In this document: in pieces, positions 23,153 through 34,953 of the stretch
Layout: every line of letters begins with the position of its first letter
Position numbering within the stretch: the first letter of the stretch is position 1
Origin: Azolla caroliniana
Taxonomy: Eukaryota; Plantae; Polypodiophyta
Direction of reading: 5' to 3'
NCBI GenBank assembly: GCA_043228905.1
Contig: JBHGNT010000324.1
Span: forward strand, 1 to 34,953
DNA: 34,953 nt
Position numbers and translations under genes: made by a program
The notes under the pieces: model-generated
What the model was told of the DNA's origin: nothing
Seen by the model: the letters and a program-made list of their open reading frames with translations, nothing else
The model's database searches: none

Positions 23153-23225
23153 CGATCCTACTAGGGATCGAACCTAGAATCTCTGGTTTCGTAGACCAGC
23201 GCCTTATCCATTGGGCCATAGGATC
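23153..23225 (-). tRNA. trnR-ACG: tRNA-Arg(ACG), unit 20
   Basis: Copy of 714-786 at +1181n. Confidence 0.96.
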
Positions 23226-23481
23226 TTCGGTTTTCCGTTGGTAATTGTACTCCCATTGAGGATCGCGATTGACGCGCGGCACACTTTTGACGAGGAATTT
23301 GTGCCGGATAAACCATTCCATTTCTTTTACCTATTAAACATCATCATCCTCGTAAATGAATGCAACCATTAAGCCAAAACAGTGGATACAAGATCACATT
23401 TTCTGGACGGTTGAGACGAATGCGCATTATGATTCCGTGAATGATTCTCGATCGTCGTGCACTAGGGTCACGATTCTAAAC

Positions 23482-23554
23482 CGACCCTACTAGGGGTCGA
23501 ACCTAGAATCTTTGGTTTCGAAGACCAACGCCTTATCCATTAGGCCATAGGATC
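23482..23554 (-). tRNA. trnR-TCG: tRNA-Arg(TCG), unit 20
   Basis: Copy of 1043-1115 at +1181n. Confidence 0.96.
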
Positions 23555-24333
23555 TTCGACCTTTCATCGAAAAGCGAAGGGAACGAAGATCTCGCATGTG
23601 AAGACCACTTATTTCTCGTCATACTTCTTGATCGTCGTATTTTTCGTAGGATCTCTTGTCTCTTACCTTACCATTATATTACTCGCCACATTACGGAGAT
23701 GAGCTTAAATGGGTTTATCGGATAAAGGTATGCGGTGTGACGTATGCAATCCATAGAAAAGCATTCATGACCGTACAAATGACCTTCGAGAAGAGTTTTC
23801 GTCTCGAACTGTCAATCTCTGATGCGCAACGTTACCGTTCTCGTCTCATGATACCAACCGCTAGATTTCTTCCACTCGTACGTAAACTTGCATTGTTGAA
23901 TCTCGAATACGCTACCTTCTATTAATTCTACCCTAACCAAATGAAGAGTATCGCGCATGCGACGTCTTAGTGGCGGCCTTCGTGTAGGTTGTTTCTAAAT
24001 TTTAAACGACGTCATCCTTGTGGACGACTACATTCAAATGCACACCATACAACAACTAGGCGTCATCACATTCTCGCGTCTACTCGCTTGTATTCAAACT
24101 AGGCCGGACAGGAGCACGGCGAGCCTAAGCAAGAAAGGCATTGTTCATATGTTCCCTCGAGCGAGTGCGCATTAAAAATATGTGAACGGCATCGTCGTGA
24201 TCGATGATTACGTTCAAATGAGCGACTTTTATCCCTTCCCCAATCCACGCATGTATTGATTGCGCAACGTTACCGAGCACTCTCGTTGTCATCGTTGTAT
24301 TCCGATTCTCGAGAAGCGGAGCCTAATCCTAAT

Positions 24334-24406
24334 CGATCCTACTAGGGATCGAACCTAGAATCTCTGGTTTCGTAGACCAGCGCCTTATCCATTGGGCCAT
24401 AGGATC
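24334..24406 (-). tRNA. trnR-ACG: tRNA-Arg(ACG), unit 21
   Basis: Copy of 714-786 at +1181n. Confidence 0.96.
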
Positions 24407-24662
24407 TTCGGTTTTCCGTTGGTAATTGTACTCCCATTGAGGATCGCGATTGACGCGCGGCACACTTTTGACGAGGAATTTGTGCCGGATAAACCATTCC
24501 ATTTCTTTTACCTATTAAACATCATCATCCTCGTAAATGAATGCAACCATTAAGCCAAAGCAGTGGATACAAGATCACATTTTCTGGACGGTTGAGACGA
24601 ATGCGCATTATGATTCCGTGAATGATTCTCGATCGTCGTGCACTAGGGTCACGATTCTAAAC

Positions 24663-24735
24663 CGACCCTACTAGGGGTCGAACCTAGAATCTTTGGTTTC
24701 GAAGACCAACGCCTTATCCATTAGGCCATAGGATC
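24663..24735 (-). tRNA. trnR-TCG: tRNA-Arg(TCG), unit 21
   Basis: Copy of 1043-1115 at +1181n. Confidence 0.96.
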
Positions 24736-25514
24736 TTCGACCTTTCATCGAAAAGCGAAGGGAACGAAGATCTCGCATGTGAAGACCACTTATTTCTCGT
24801 CATACTTCTTGATCGTCGTATTTTTCGTAGGATCTCTTGTCTCTTACCTTACCATTATATTACTCGCCACATTACGGAGATGAGCTTAAATGGGTTTATC
24901 GGATAAAGGTATGCGGTGTGACGTATGCAATCCATAGAAAAGCATTCATGACCGTACAAATGACCTTCGAGAAGAGTTTTCGTCTCGAACTGTCAATCTC
25001 TGATGCGCAACGTTACCGTTCTCGTCTCATGATACCAACCGCTAGATTTCTTCCACTCGTACGTAAACTTGCATTGTTGAATCTCGAATACGCTACCTTC
25101 TATTAATTCTACCCTAACCAAATGAAGAGTATCGCGCATGCGACGTCTTAGTGGCGGCCTTCGTGTAGGTTGTTTCTAAATTTTAAACGACGTCATCCTT
25201 GTGGACGACTACATTCAAATGCACACCATACAACAACTAGGCGTCATCACATTCTCGCGTCTACTCGCTTGTATTCAAACTAGGCCGGACAGGAGCACGG
25301 CGAGCCTAAGCAAGAAAGGCATTGTTCATATGTTCCCTCGAGCGAGTGCGCATTAAAAATATGTGAACGGCATCGTCGTGATCGATGATTACGTTCAAAT
25401 GAGCGACTTTTATCCCTTCCCCAATCCACGCATGTATTGATTGCGCAACGTTACCGAGCACTCTCGTTGTCATCGTTGTATTCCGATTCTCGAGAAGCGG
25501 AGCCTAATCCTAAT

Positions 25515-25587
25515 CGATCCTACTAGGGATCGAACCTAGAATCTCTGGTTTCGTAGACCAGCGCCTTATCCATTGGGCCATAGGATC
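25515..25587 (-). tRNA. trnR-ACG: tRNA-Arg(ACG), unit 22
   Basis: Copy of 714-786 at +1181n. Confidence 0.96.
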
Positions 25588-25843
25588 TTCGGTTTTCCGT
25601 TGGTAATTGTACTCCCATTGAGGATCGCGATTGACGCGCGGCACACTTTTGACGAGGAATTTGTGCCGGATAAACCATTCCATTTCTTTTACCTATTAAA
25701 CATCATCATCCTCGTAAATGAATGCAACCATTAAGCCAAAGCAGTGGATACAAGATCACATTTTCTGGACGGTTGAGACGAATGCGCATTATGATTCCGT
25801 GAATGATTCTCGATCGTCGTGCACTAGGGTCACGATTCTAAAC

Positions 25844-25916
25844 CGACCCTACTAGGGGTCGAACCTAGAATCTTTGGTTTCGAAGACCAACGCCTTATCC
25901 ATTAGGCCATAGGATC
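25844..25916 (-). tRNA. trnR-TCG: tRNA-Arg(TCG), unit 22
   Basis: Copy of 1043-1115 at +1181n. Confidence 0.96.
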
Positions 25917-26695
25917 TTCGACCTTTCATCGAAAAGCGAAGGGAACGAAGATCTCGCATGTGAAGACCACTTATTTCTCGTCATACTTCTTGATCGTCGT
26001 ATTTTTCGTAGGATCTCTTGTCTCTTACCTTACCATTATATTACTCGCCACATTACGGAGATGAGCTTAAATGGGTTTATCGGATAAAGGTATGCGGTGT
26101 GACGTATGCAATCCATAGAAAAGCATTCATGACCGTACAAATGACCTTCGAGAAGAGTTTTCGTCTCGAACTGTCAATCTCTGATGCGCAACGTTACCGT
26201 TCTCGTCTCATGATACCAACCGCTAGATTTCTTCCACTCGTACGTAAACTTGCATTGTTGAATCTCGAATACGCTACCTTCTATTAATTCTACCCTAACC
26301 AAATGAAGAGTATCGCGCATGCGACGTCTTAGTGGCGGCCTTCGTGTAGGTTGTTTCTAAATTTTAAACGACGTCATCCTTGTGGACGACTACATTCAAA
26401 TGCACACCATACAACAACTAGGCGTCATCACATTCTCGCGTCTACTCGCTTGTATTCAAACTAGGCCGGACAGGAGCACGGCGAGCCTAAGCAAGAAAGG
26501 CATTGTTCATATGTTCCCTCGAGCGAGTGCGCATTAAAAATATGTGAACGGCATCGTCGTGATCGATGATTACGTTCAAATGAGCGACTTTTATCCCTTC
26601 CCCAATCCACGCATGTATTGATTGCGCAACGTTACCGAGCACTCTCGTTGTCATCGTTGTATTCCGATTCTCGAGAAGCGGAGCCTAATCCTAAT

Positions 26696-26768
26696 CGATC
26701 CTACTAGGGATCGAACCTAGAATCTCTGGTTTCGTAGACCAGCGCCTTATCCATTGGGCCATAGGATC
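26696..26768 (-). tRNA. trnR-ACG: tRNA-Arg(ACG), unit 23
   Basis: Copy of 714-786 at +1181n. Confidence 0.96.
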
Positions 26769-27024
26769 TTCGGTTTTCCGTTGGTAATTGTACTCCCATT
26801 GAGGATCGCGATTGACGCGCGGCACACTTTTGACGAGGAATTTGTGCCGGATAAACCATTCCATTTCTTTTACCTATTAAACATCATCATCCTCGTAAAT
26901 GAATGCAACCATTAAGCCAAAGCAGTGGATACAAGATCACATTTTCTGGACGGTTGAGACGAATGCGCATTATGATTCCGTGAATGATTCTCGATCGTCG
27001 TGCACTAGGGTCACGATTCTAAAC

Positions 27025-27097
27025 CGACCCTACTAGGGGTCGAACCTAGAATCTTTGGTTTCGAAGACCAACGCCTTATCCATTAGGCCATAGGATC
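27025..27097 (-). tRNA. trnR-TCG: tRNA-Arg(TCG), unit 23
   Basis: Copy of 1043-1115 at +1181n. Confidence 0.96.
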
Positions 27098-27876
27098 TTC
27101 GACCTTTCATCGAAAAGCGAAGGGAACGAAGATCTCGCATGTGAAGACCACTTATTTCTCGTCATACTTCTTGATCGTCGTATTTTTCGTAGGATCTCTT
27201 GTCTCTTACCTTACCATTATATTACTCGCCACATTACGGAGATGAGCTTAAATGGGTTTATCGGATAAAGGTATGCGGTGTGACGTATGCAATCCATAGA
27301 AAAGCATTCATGACCGTACAAATGACCTTCGAGAAGAGTTTTCGTCTCGAACTGTCAATCTCTGATGCGCAACGTTACCGTTCTCGTCTCATGATACCAA
27401 CCGCTAGATTTCTTCCACTCGTACGTAAACTTGCATTGTTGAATCTCGAATACGCTACCTTCTATTAATTCTACCCTAACCAAATGAAGAGTATCGCGCA
27501 TGCGACGTCTTAGTGGCGGCCTTCGTGTAGGTTGTTTCTAAATTTTAAACGACGTCATCCTTGTGGACGACTACATTCAAATGCACACCATACAACAACT
27601 AGGCGTCATCACATTCTCGCGTCTACTCGCTTGTATTCAAACTAGGCCGGACAGGAGCACGGCGAGCCTAAGCAAGAAAGGCATTGTTCATATGTTCCCT
27701 CGAGCGAGTGCGCATTAAAAATATGTGAACGGCATCGTCGTGATCGATGATTACGTTCAAATGAGCGACTTTTATCCCTTCCCCAATCCACGCATGTATT
27801 GATTGCGCAACGTTACCGAGCACTCTCGTTGTCATCGTTGTATTCCGATTCTCGAGAAGCGGAGCCTAATCCTAAT

Positions 27877-27949
27877 CGATCCTACTAGGGATCGAACCTA
27901 GAATCTCTGGTTTCGTAGACCAGCGCCTTATCCATTGGGCCATAGGATC
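27877..27949 (-). tRNA. trnR-ACG: tRNA-Arg(ACG), unit 24
   Basis: Copy of 714-786 at +1181n. Confidence 0.96.
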
Positions 27950-28205
27950 TTCGGTTTTCCGTTGGTAATTGTACTCCCATTGAGGATCGCGATTGACGCG
28001 CGGCACACTTTTGACGAGGAATTTGTGCCGGATAAACCATTCCATTTCTTTTACCTATTAAACATCATCATCCTCGTAAATGAATGCAACCATTAAGCCA
28101 AAGCAGTGGATACAAGATCACATTTTCTGGACGGTTGAGACGAATGCGCATTATGATTCCGTGAATGATTCTCGATCGTCGTGCACTAGGGTCACGATTC
28201 TAAAC

Positions 28206-28278
28206 CGACCCTACTAGGGGTCGAACCTAGAATCTTTGGTTTCGAAGACCAACGCCTTATCCATTAGGCCATAGGATC
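28206..28278 (-). tRNA. trnR-TCG: tRNA-Arg(TCG), unit 24
   Basis: Copy of 1043-1115 at +1181n. Confidence 0.96.
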
Positions 28279-29057
28279 TTCGACCTTTCATCGAAAAGCG
28301 AAGGGAACGAAGATCTCGCATGTGAAGACCACTTATTTCTCGTCATACTTCTTGATCGTCGTATTTTTCGTAGGATCTCTTGTCTCTTACCTTACCATTA
28401 TATTACTCGCCACATTACGGAGATGAGCTTAAATGGGTTTATCGGATAAAGGTATGCGGTGTGACGTATGCAATCCATAGAAAAGCATTCATGACCGTAC
28501 AAATGACCTTCGAGAAGAGTTTTCGTCTCGAACTGTCAATCTCTGATGCGCAACGTTACCGTTCTCGTCTCATGATACCAACCGCTAGATTTCTTCCACT
28601 CGTACGTAAACTTGCATTGTTGAATCTCGAATACGCTACCTTCTATTAATTCTACCCTAACCAAATGAAGAGTATCGCGCATGCGACGTCTTAGTGGCGG
28701 CCTTCGTGTAGGTTGTTTCTAAATTTTAAACGACGTCATCCTTGTGGACGACTACATTCAAATGCACACCATACAACAACTAGGCGTCATCACATTCTCG
28801 CGTCTACTCGCTTGTATTCAAACTAGGCCGGACAGGAGCACGGCGAGCCTAAGCAAGAAAGGCATTGTTCATATGTTCCCTCGAGCGAGTGCGCATTAAA
28901 AATATGTGAACGGCATCGTCGTGATCGATGATTACGTTCAAATGAGCGACTTTTATCCCTTCCCCAATCCACGCATGTATTGATTGCGCAACGTTACCGA
29001 GCACTCTCGTTGTCATCGTTGTATTCCGATTCTCGAGAAGCGGAGCCTAATCCTAAT

Positions 29058-29130
29058 CGATCCTACTAGGGATCGAACCTAGAATCTCTGGTTTCGTAGA
29101 CCAGCGCCTTATCCATTGGGCCATAGGATC
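29058..29130 (-). tRNA. trnR-ACG: tRNA-Arg(ACG), unit 25
   Basis: Copy of 714-786 at +1181n. Confidence 0.96.
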
Positions 29131-29386
29131 TTCGGTTTTCCGTTGGTAATTGTACTCCCATTGAGGATCGCGATTGACGCGCGGCACACTTTTGACGAGG
29201 AATTTGTGCCGGATAAACCATTCCATTTCTTTTACCTATTAAACATCATCATCCTCGTAAATGAATGCAACCATTAAGCCAAAGCAGTGGATACAAGATC
29301 ACATTTTCTGGACGGTTGAGACGAATGCGCATTATGATTCCGTGAATGATTCTCGATCGTCGTGCACTAGGGTCACGATTCTAAAC

Positions 29387-29459
29387 CGACCCTACTAGGG
29401 GTCGAACCTAGAATCTTTGGTTTCGAAGACCAACGCCTTATCCATTAGGCCATAGGATC
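29387..29459 (-). tRNA. trnR-TCG: tRNA-Arg(TCG), unit 25
   Basis: Copy of 1043-1115 at +1181n. Confidence 0.96.
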
Positions 29460-30238
29460 TTCGACCTTTCATCGAAAAGCGAAGGGAACGAAGATCTCGC
29501 ATGTGAAGACCACTTATTTCTCGTCATACTTCTTGATCGTCGTATTTTTCGTAGGATCTCTTGTCTCTTACCTTACCATTATATTACTCGCCACATTACG
29601 GAGATGAGCTTAAATGGGTTTATCGGATAAAGGTATGCGGTGTGACGTATGCAATCCATAGAAAAGCATTCATGACCGTACAAATGACCTTCGAGAAGAG
29701 TTTTCGTCTCGAACTGTCAATCTCTGATGCGCAACGTTACCGTTCTCGTCTCATGATACCAACCGCTAGATTTCTTCCACTCGTACGTAAACTTGCATTG
29801 TTGAATCTCGAATACGCTACCTTCTATTAATTCTACCCTAACCAAATGAAGAGTATCGCGCATGCGACGTCTTAGTGGCGGCCTTCGTGTAGGTTGTTTC
29901 TAAATTTTAAACGACGTCATCCTTGTGGACGACTACATTCAAATGCACACCATACAACAACTAGGCGTCATCACATTCTCGCGTCTACTCGCTTGTATTC
30001 AAACTAGGCCGGACAGGAGCACGGCGAGCCTAAGCAAGAAAGGCATTGTTCATATGTTCCCTCGAGCGAGTGCGCATTAAAAATATGTGAACGGCATCGT
30101 CGTGATCGATGATTACGTTCAAATGAGCGACTTTTATCCCTTCCCCAATCCACGCATGTATTGATTGCGCAACGTTACCGAGCACTCTCGTTGTCATCGT
30201 TGTATTCCGATTCTCGAGAAGCGGAGCCTAATCCTAAT

Positions 30239-30311
30239 CGATCCTACTAGGGATCGAACCTAGAATCTCTGGTTTCGTAGACCAGCGCCTTATCCATTGG
30301 GCCATAGGATC
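30239..30311 (-). tRNA. trnR-ACG: tRNA-Arg(ACG), unit 26
   Basis: Copy of 714-786 at +1181n. Confidence 0.96.
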
Positions 30312-30567
30312 TTCGGTTTTCCGTTGGTAATTGTACTCCCATTGAGGATCGCGATTGACGCGCGGCACACTTTTGACGAGGAATTTGTGCCGGATAAACC
30401 ATTCCATTTCTTTTACCTATTAAACATCATCATCCTCGTAAATGAATGCAACCATTAAGCCAAAGCAGTGGATACAAGATCACATTTTCTGGACGGTTGA
30501 GACGAATGCGCATTATGATTCCGTGAATGATTCTCGATCGTCGTGCACTAGGGTCACGATTCTAAAC

Positions 30568-30640
30568 CGACCCTACTAGGGGTCGAACCTAGAATCTTTG
30601 GTTTCGAAGACCAACGCCTTATCCATTAGGCCATAGGATC
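30568..30640 (-). tRNA. trnR-TCG: tRNA-Arg(TCG), unit 26
   Basis: Copy of 1043-1115 at +1181n. Confidence 0.96.
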
Positions 30641-31419
30641 TTCGACCTTTCATCGAAAAGCGAAGGGAACGAAGATCTCGCATGTGAAGACCACTTATTT
30701 CTCGTCATACTTCTTGATCGTCGTATTTTTCGTAGGATCTCTTGTCTCTTACCTTACCATTATATTACTCGCCACATTACGGAGATGAGCTTAAATGGGT
30801 TTATCGGATAAAGGTATGCGGTGTGACGTATGCAATCCATAGAAAAGCATTCATGACCGTACAAATGACCTTCGAGAAGAGTTTTCGTCTCGAACTGTCA
30901 ATCTCTGATGCGCAACGTTACCGTTCTCGTCTCATGATACCAACCGCTAGATTTCTTCCACTCGTACGTAAACTTGCATTGTTGAATCTCGAATACGCTA
31001 CCTTCTATTAATTCTACCCTAACCAAATGAAGAGTATCGCGCATGCGACGTCTTAGTGGCGGCCTTCGTGTAGGTTGTTTCTAAATTTTAAACGACGTCA
31101 TCCTTGTGGACGACTACATTCAAATGCACACCATACAACAACTAGGCGTCATCACATTCTCGCGTCTACTCGCTTGTATTCAAACTAGGCCGGACAGGAG
31201 CACGGCGAGCCTAAGCAAGAAAGGCATTGTTCATATGTTCCCTCGAGCGAGTGCGCATTAAAAATATGTGAACGGCATCGTCGTGATCGATGATTACGTT
31301 CAAATGAGCGACTTTTATCCCTTCCCCAATCCACGCATGTATTGATTGCGCAACGTTACCGAGCACTCTCGTTGTCATCGTTGTATTCCGATTCTCGAGA
31401 AGCGGAGCCTAATCCTAAT

Positions 31420-31492
31420 CGATCCTACTAGGGATCGAACCTAGAATCTCTGGTTTCGTAGACCAGCGCCTTATCCATTGGGCCATAGGATC
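31420..31492 (-). tRNA. trnR-ACG: tRNA-Arg(ACG), unit 27
   Basis: Copy of 714-786 at +1181n. Confidence 0.96.
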
Positions 31493-31748
31493 TTCGGTTT
31501 TCCGTTGGTAATTGTACTCCCATTGAGGATCGCGATTGACGCGCGGCACACTTTTGACGAGGAATTTGTGCCGGATAAACCATTCCATTTCTTTTACCTA
31601 TTAAACATCATCATCCTCGTAAATGAATGCAACCATTAAGCCAAAGCAGTGGATACAAGATCACATTTTCTGGACGGTTGAGACGAATGCGCATTATGAT
31701 TCCGTGAATGATTCTCGATCGTCGTGCACTAGGGTCACGATTCTAAAC

Positions 31749-31821
31749 CGACCCTACTAGGGGTCGAACCTAGAATCTTTGGTTTCGAAGACCAACGCCT
31801 TATCCATTAGGCCATAGGATC
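31749..31821 (-). tRNA. trnR-TCG: tRNA-Arg(TCG), unit 27
   Basis: Copy of 1043-1115 at +1181n. Confidence 0.96.
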
Positions 31822-32600
31822 TTCGACCTTTCATCGAAAAGCGAAGGGAACGAAGATCTCGCATGTGAAGACCACTTATTTCTCGTCATACTTCTTGATC
31901 GTCGTATTTTTCGTAGGATCTCTTGTCTCTTACCTTACCATTATATTACTCGCCACATTACGGAGATGAGCTTAAATGGGTTTATCGGATAAAGGTATGC
32001 GGTGTGACGTATGCAATCCATAGAAAAGCATTCATGACCGTACAAATGACCTTCGAGAAGAGTTTTCGTCTCGAACTGTCAATCTCTGATGCGCAACGTT
32101 ACCGTTCTCGTCTCATGATACCAACCGCTAGATTTCTTCCACTCGTACGTAAACTTGCATTGTTGAATCTCGAATACGCTACCTTCTATTAATTCTACCC
32201 TAACCAAATGAAGAGTATCGCGCATGCGACGTCTTAGTGGCGGCCTTCGTGTAGGTTGTTTCTAAATTTTAAACGACGTCATCCTTGTGGACGACTACAT
32301 TCAAATGCACACCATACAACAACTAGGCGTCATCACATTCTCGCGTCTACTCGCTTGTATTCAAACTAGGCCGGACAGGAGCACGGCGAGCCTAAGCAAG
32401 AAAGGCATTGTTCATATGTTCCCTCGAGCGAGTGCGCATTAAAAATATGTGAACGGCATCGTCGTGATCGATGATTACGTTCAAATGAGCGACTTTTATC
32501 CCTTCCCCAATCCACGCATGTATTGATTGCGCAACGTTACCGAGCACTCTCGTTGTCATCGTTGTATTCCGATTCTCGAGAAGCGGAGCCTAATCCTAAT

Positions 32601-32673
32601 CGATCCTACTAGGGATCGAACCTAGAATCTCTGGTTTCGTAGACCAGCGCCTTATCCATTGGGCCATAGGATC
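32601..32673 (-). tRNA. trnR-ACG: tRNA-Arg(ACG), unit 28
   Basis: Copy of 714-786 at +1181n. Confidence 0.96.
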
Positions 32674-32929
32674 TTCGGTTTTCCGTTGGTAATTGTACTC
32701 CCATTGAGGATCGCGATTGACGCGCGGCACACTTTTGACGAGGAATTTGTGCCGGATAAACCATTCCATTTCTTTTACCTATTAAACATCATCATCCTCG
32801 TAAATGAATGCAACCATTAAGCCAAAGCAGTGGATACAAGATCACATTTTCTGGACGGTTGAGACGAATGCGCATTATGATTCCGTGAATGATTCTCGAT
32901 CGTCGTGCACTAGGGTCACGATTCTAAAC

Positions 32930-33002
32930 CGACCCTACTAGGGGTCGAACCTAGAATCTTTGGTTTCGAAGACCAACGCCTTATCCATTAGGCCATAGGA
33001 TC
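32930..33002 (-). tRNA. trnR-TCG: tRNA-Arg(TCG), unit 28
   Basis: Copy of 1043-1115 at +1181n. Confidence 0.96.
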
Positions 33003-33781
33003 TTCGACCTTTCATCGAAAAGCGAAGGGAACGAAGATCTCGCATGTGAAGACCACTTATTTCTCGTCATACTTCTTGATCGTCGTATTTTTCGTAGGAT
33101 CTCTTGTCTCTTACCTTACCATTATATTACTCGCCACATTACGGAGATGAGCTTAAATGGGTTTATCGGATAAAGGTATGCGGTGTGACGTATGCAATCC
33201 ATAGAAAAGCATTCATGACCGTACAAATGACCTTCGAGAAGAGTTTTCGTCTCGAACTGTCAATCTCTGATGCGCAACGTTACCGTTCTCGTCTCATGAT
33301 ACCAACCGCTAGATTTCTTCCACTCGTACGTAAACTTGCATTGTTGAATCTCGAATACGCTACCTTCTATTAATTCTACCCTAACCAAATGAAGAGTATC
33401 GCGCATGCGACGTCTTAGTGGCGGCCTTCGTGTAGGTTGTTTCTAAATTTTAAACGACGTCATCCTTGTGGACGACTACATTCAAATGCACACCATACAA
33501 CAACTAGGCGTCATCACATTCTCGCGTCTACTCGCTTGTATTCAAACTAGGCCGGACAGGAGCACGGCGAGCCTAAGCAAGAAAGGCATTGTTCATATGT
33601 TCCCTCGAGCGAGTGCGCATTAAAAATATGTGAACGGCATCGTCGTGATCGATGATTACGTTCAAATGAGCGACTTTTATCCCTTCCCCAATCCACGCAT
33701 GTATTGATTGCGCAACGTTACCGAGCACTCTCGTTGTCATCGTTGTATTCCGATTCTCGAGAAGCGGAGCCTAATCCTAAT

Positions 33782-33854
33782 CGATCCTACTAGGGATCGA
33801 ACCTAGAATCTCTGGTTTCGTAGACCAGCGCCTTATCCATTGGGCCATAGGATC
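33782..33854 (-). tRNA. trnR-ACG: tRNA-Arg(ACG), unit 29
   Basis: Copy of 714-786 at +1181n. Confidence 0.96.
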
Positions 33855-34110
33855 TTCGGTTTTCCGTTGGTAATTGTACTCCCATTGAGGATCGCGATTG
33901 ACGCGCGGCACACTTTTGACGAGGAATTTGTGCCGGATAAACCATTCCATTTCTTTTACCTATTAAACATCATCATCCTCGTAAATGAATGCAACCATTA
34001 AGCCAAAGCAGTGGATACAAGATCACATTTTCTGGACGGTTGAGACGAATGCGCATTATGATTCCGTGAATGATTCTCGATCGTCGTGCACTAGGGTCAC
34101 GATTCTAAAC

Positions 34111-34183
34111 CGACCCTACTAGGGGTCGAACCTAGAATCTTTGGTTTCGAAGACCAACGCCTTATCCATTAGGCCATAGGATC
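34111..34183 (-). tRNA. trnR-TCG: tRNA-Arg(TCG), unit 29
   Basis: Copy of 1043-1115 at +1181n. Confidence 0.96.
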
Positions 34184-34953
34184 TTCGACCTTTCATCGAA
34201 AAGCGAAGGGAACGAAGATCTCGCATGTGAAGACCACTTATTTCTCGTCATACTTCTTGATCGTCGTATTTTTCGTAGGATCTCTTGTCTCTTACCTTAC
34301 CATTATATTACTCGCCACATTACGGAGATGAGCTTAAATGGGTTTATCGGATAAAGGTATGCGGTGTGACGTATGCAATCCATAGAAAAGCATTCATGAC
34401 CGTACAAATGACCTTCGAGAAGAGTTTTCGTCTCGAACTGTCAATCTCTGATGCGCAACGTTACCGTTCTCGTCTCATGATACCAACCGCTAGATTTCTT
34501 CCACTCGTACGTAAACTTGCATTGTTGAATCTCGAATACGCTACCTTCTATTAATTCTACCCTAACCAAATGAAGAGTATCGCGCATGCGACGTCTTAGT
34601 GGCGGCCTTCGTGTAGGTTGTTTCTAAATTTTAAACGACGTCATCCTTGTGGACGACTACATTCAAATGCACACCATACAACAACTAGGCGTCATCACAT
34701 TCTCGCGTCTACTCGCTTGTATTCAAACTAGGCCGGACAGGAGCACGGCGAGCCTAAGCAAGAAAGGCATTGTTCATATGTTCCCTCGAGCGAGTGCGCA
34801 TTAAAAATATGTGAACGGCATCGTCGTGATCGATGATTACGTTCAAATGAGCGACTTTTATCCCTTCCCCAATCCACGCATGTATTGATTGCGCAACGTT
34901 ACCGAGCACTCTCGTTGTCATCGTTGTATTCCGATTCTCGAGAAGCGGAGCCT

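Larger units (their letters stand above)
17716..23620. repeat. Local higher-order (2x1181 = 2362-bp) repeat marked by an alternating SNP, units 16-20
   Basis: ccaaaAcagtg at 18655, 21017 and 23379 versus ccaaaGcagtg at 19836, 22198 and the other units. Confidence 0.8.
1..34953. repeat. Tandem array of a 1181-bp unit (~29.6 copies), each carrying tRNA-Arg(TCG) and tRNA-Arg(ACG)
   Basis: The sequence recurs with an exact period of 1181 (ORF track starts 36, 1217, ... 34285; atacttcttgatcgtcg recurs at 1, 1182, ...). There are no net indels, and the only variant seen by eye is unit position 940 G>A. Confidence 0.99.

Noticed and set aside
1-34953. CRISPR array or integron cassette array
   Set aside because: The intervening sequences are identical rather than unique spacers or cassettes, the structured repeats are tRNAs, and there are no cas or integrase genes.
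1-34953. Rolling-circle concatemer of a small plasmid, viroid-like element or obelisk
   Set aside because: There is no Rep or Oblin-sized ORF and no rod-like self-complementarity that I can see. The content is tRNA genes, and a SNP confined to units 16/18/20 fits a chromosomal array better. An artefact cannot be wholly excluded without reads.

Overview
The whole window is one highly homogeneous head-to-tail tandem array of a 1181-bp unit: 29 complete units plus a 704-bp partial, open at both window edges. Each unit carries two intronless 73-nt tRNA-Arg genes on the minus strand, both lacking an encoded CCA: tRNA-Arg(TCG) at unit positions 1043-1115 and tRNA-Arg(ACG) at 714-786. That gives 58 tRNA genes in the window. 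The two isoacceptors are paralogues differing at only 6/73 positions, and together they can decode the whole CGN arginine box. The genes look eukaryotic nuclear (Pol III type-2 A/B boxes, no CCA). The only inter-unit variant I found by eye is a G>A at unit position 940, present in units 16, 18 and 20 only, which marks a local 2362-bp higher-order repeat. The repeated 89-aa ORF is probably spurious. Other points of note: no T4 terminator between the two tRNAs (possible dicistronic precursor), a covarying alternative hairpin in the tRNA 3' ends, a possible decayed third tRNA-Arg copy, and degenerate sub-repeats in the spacer.
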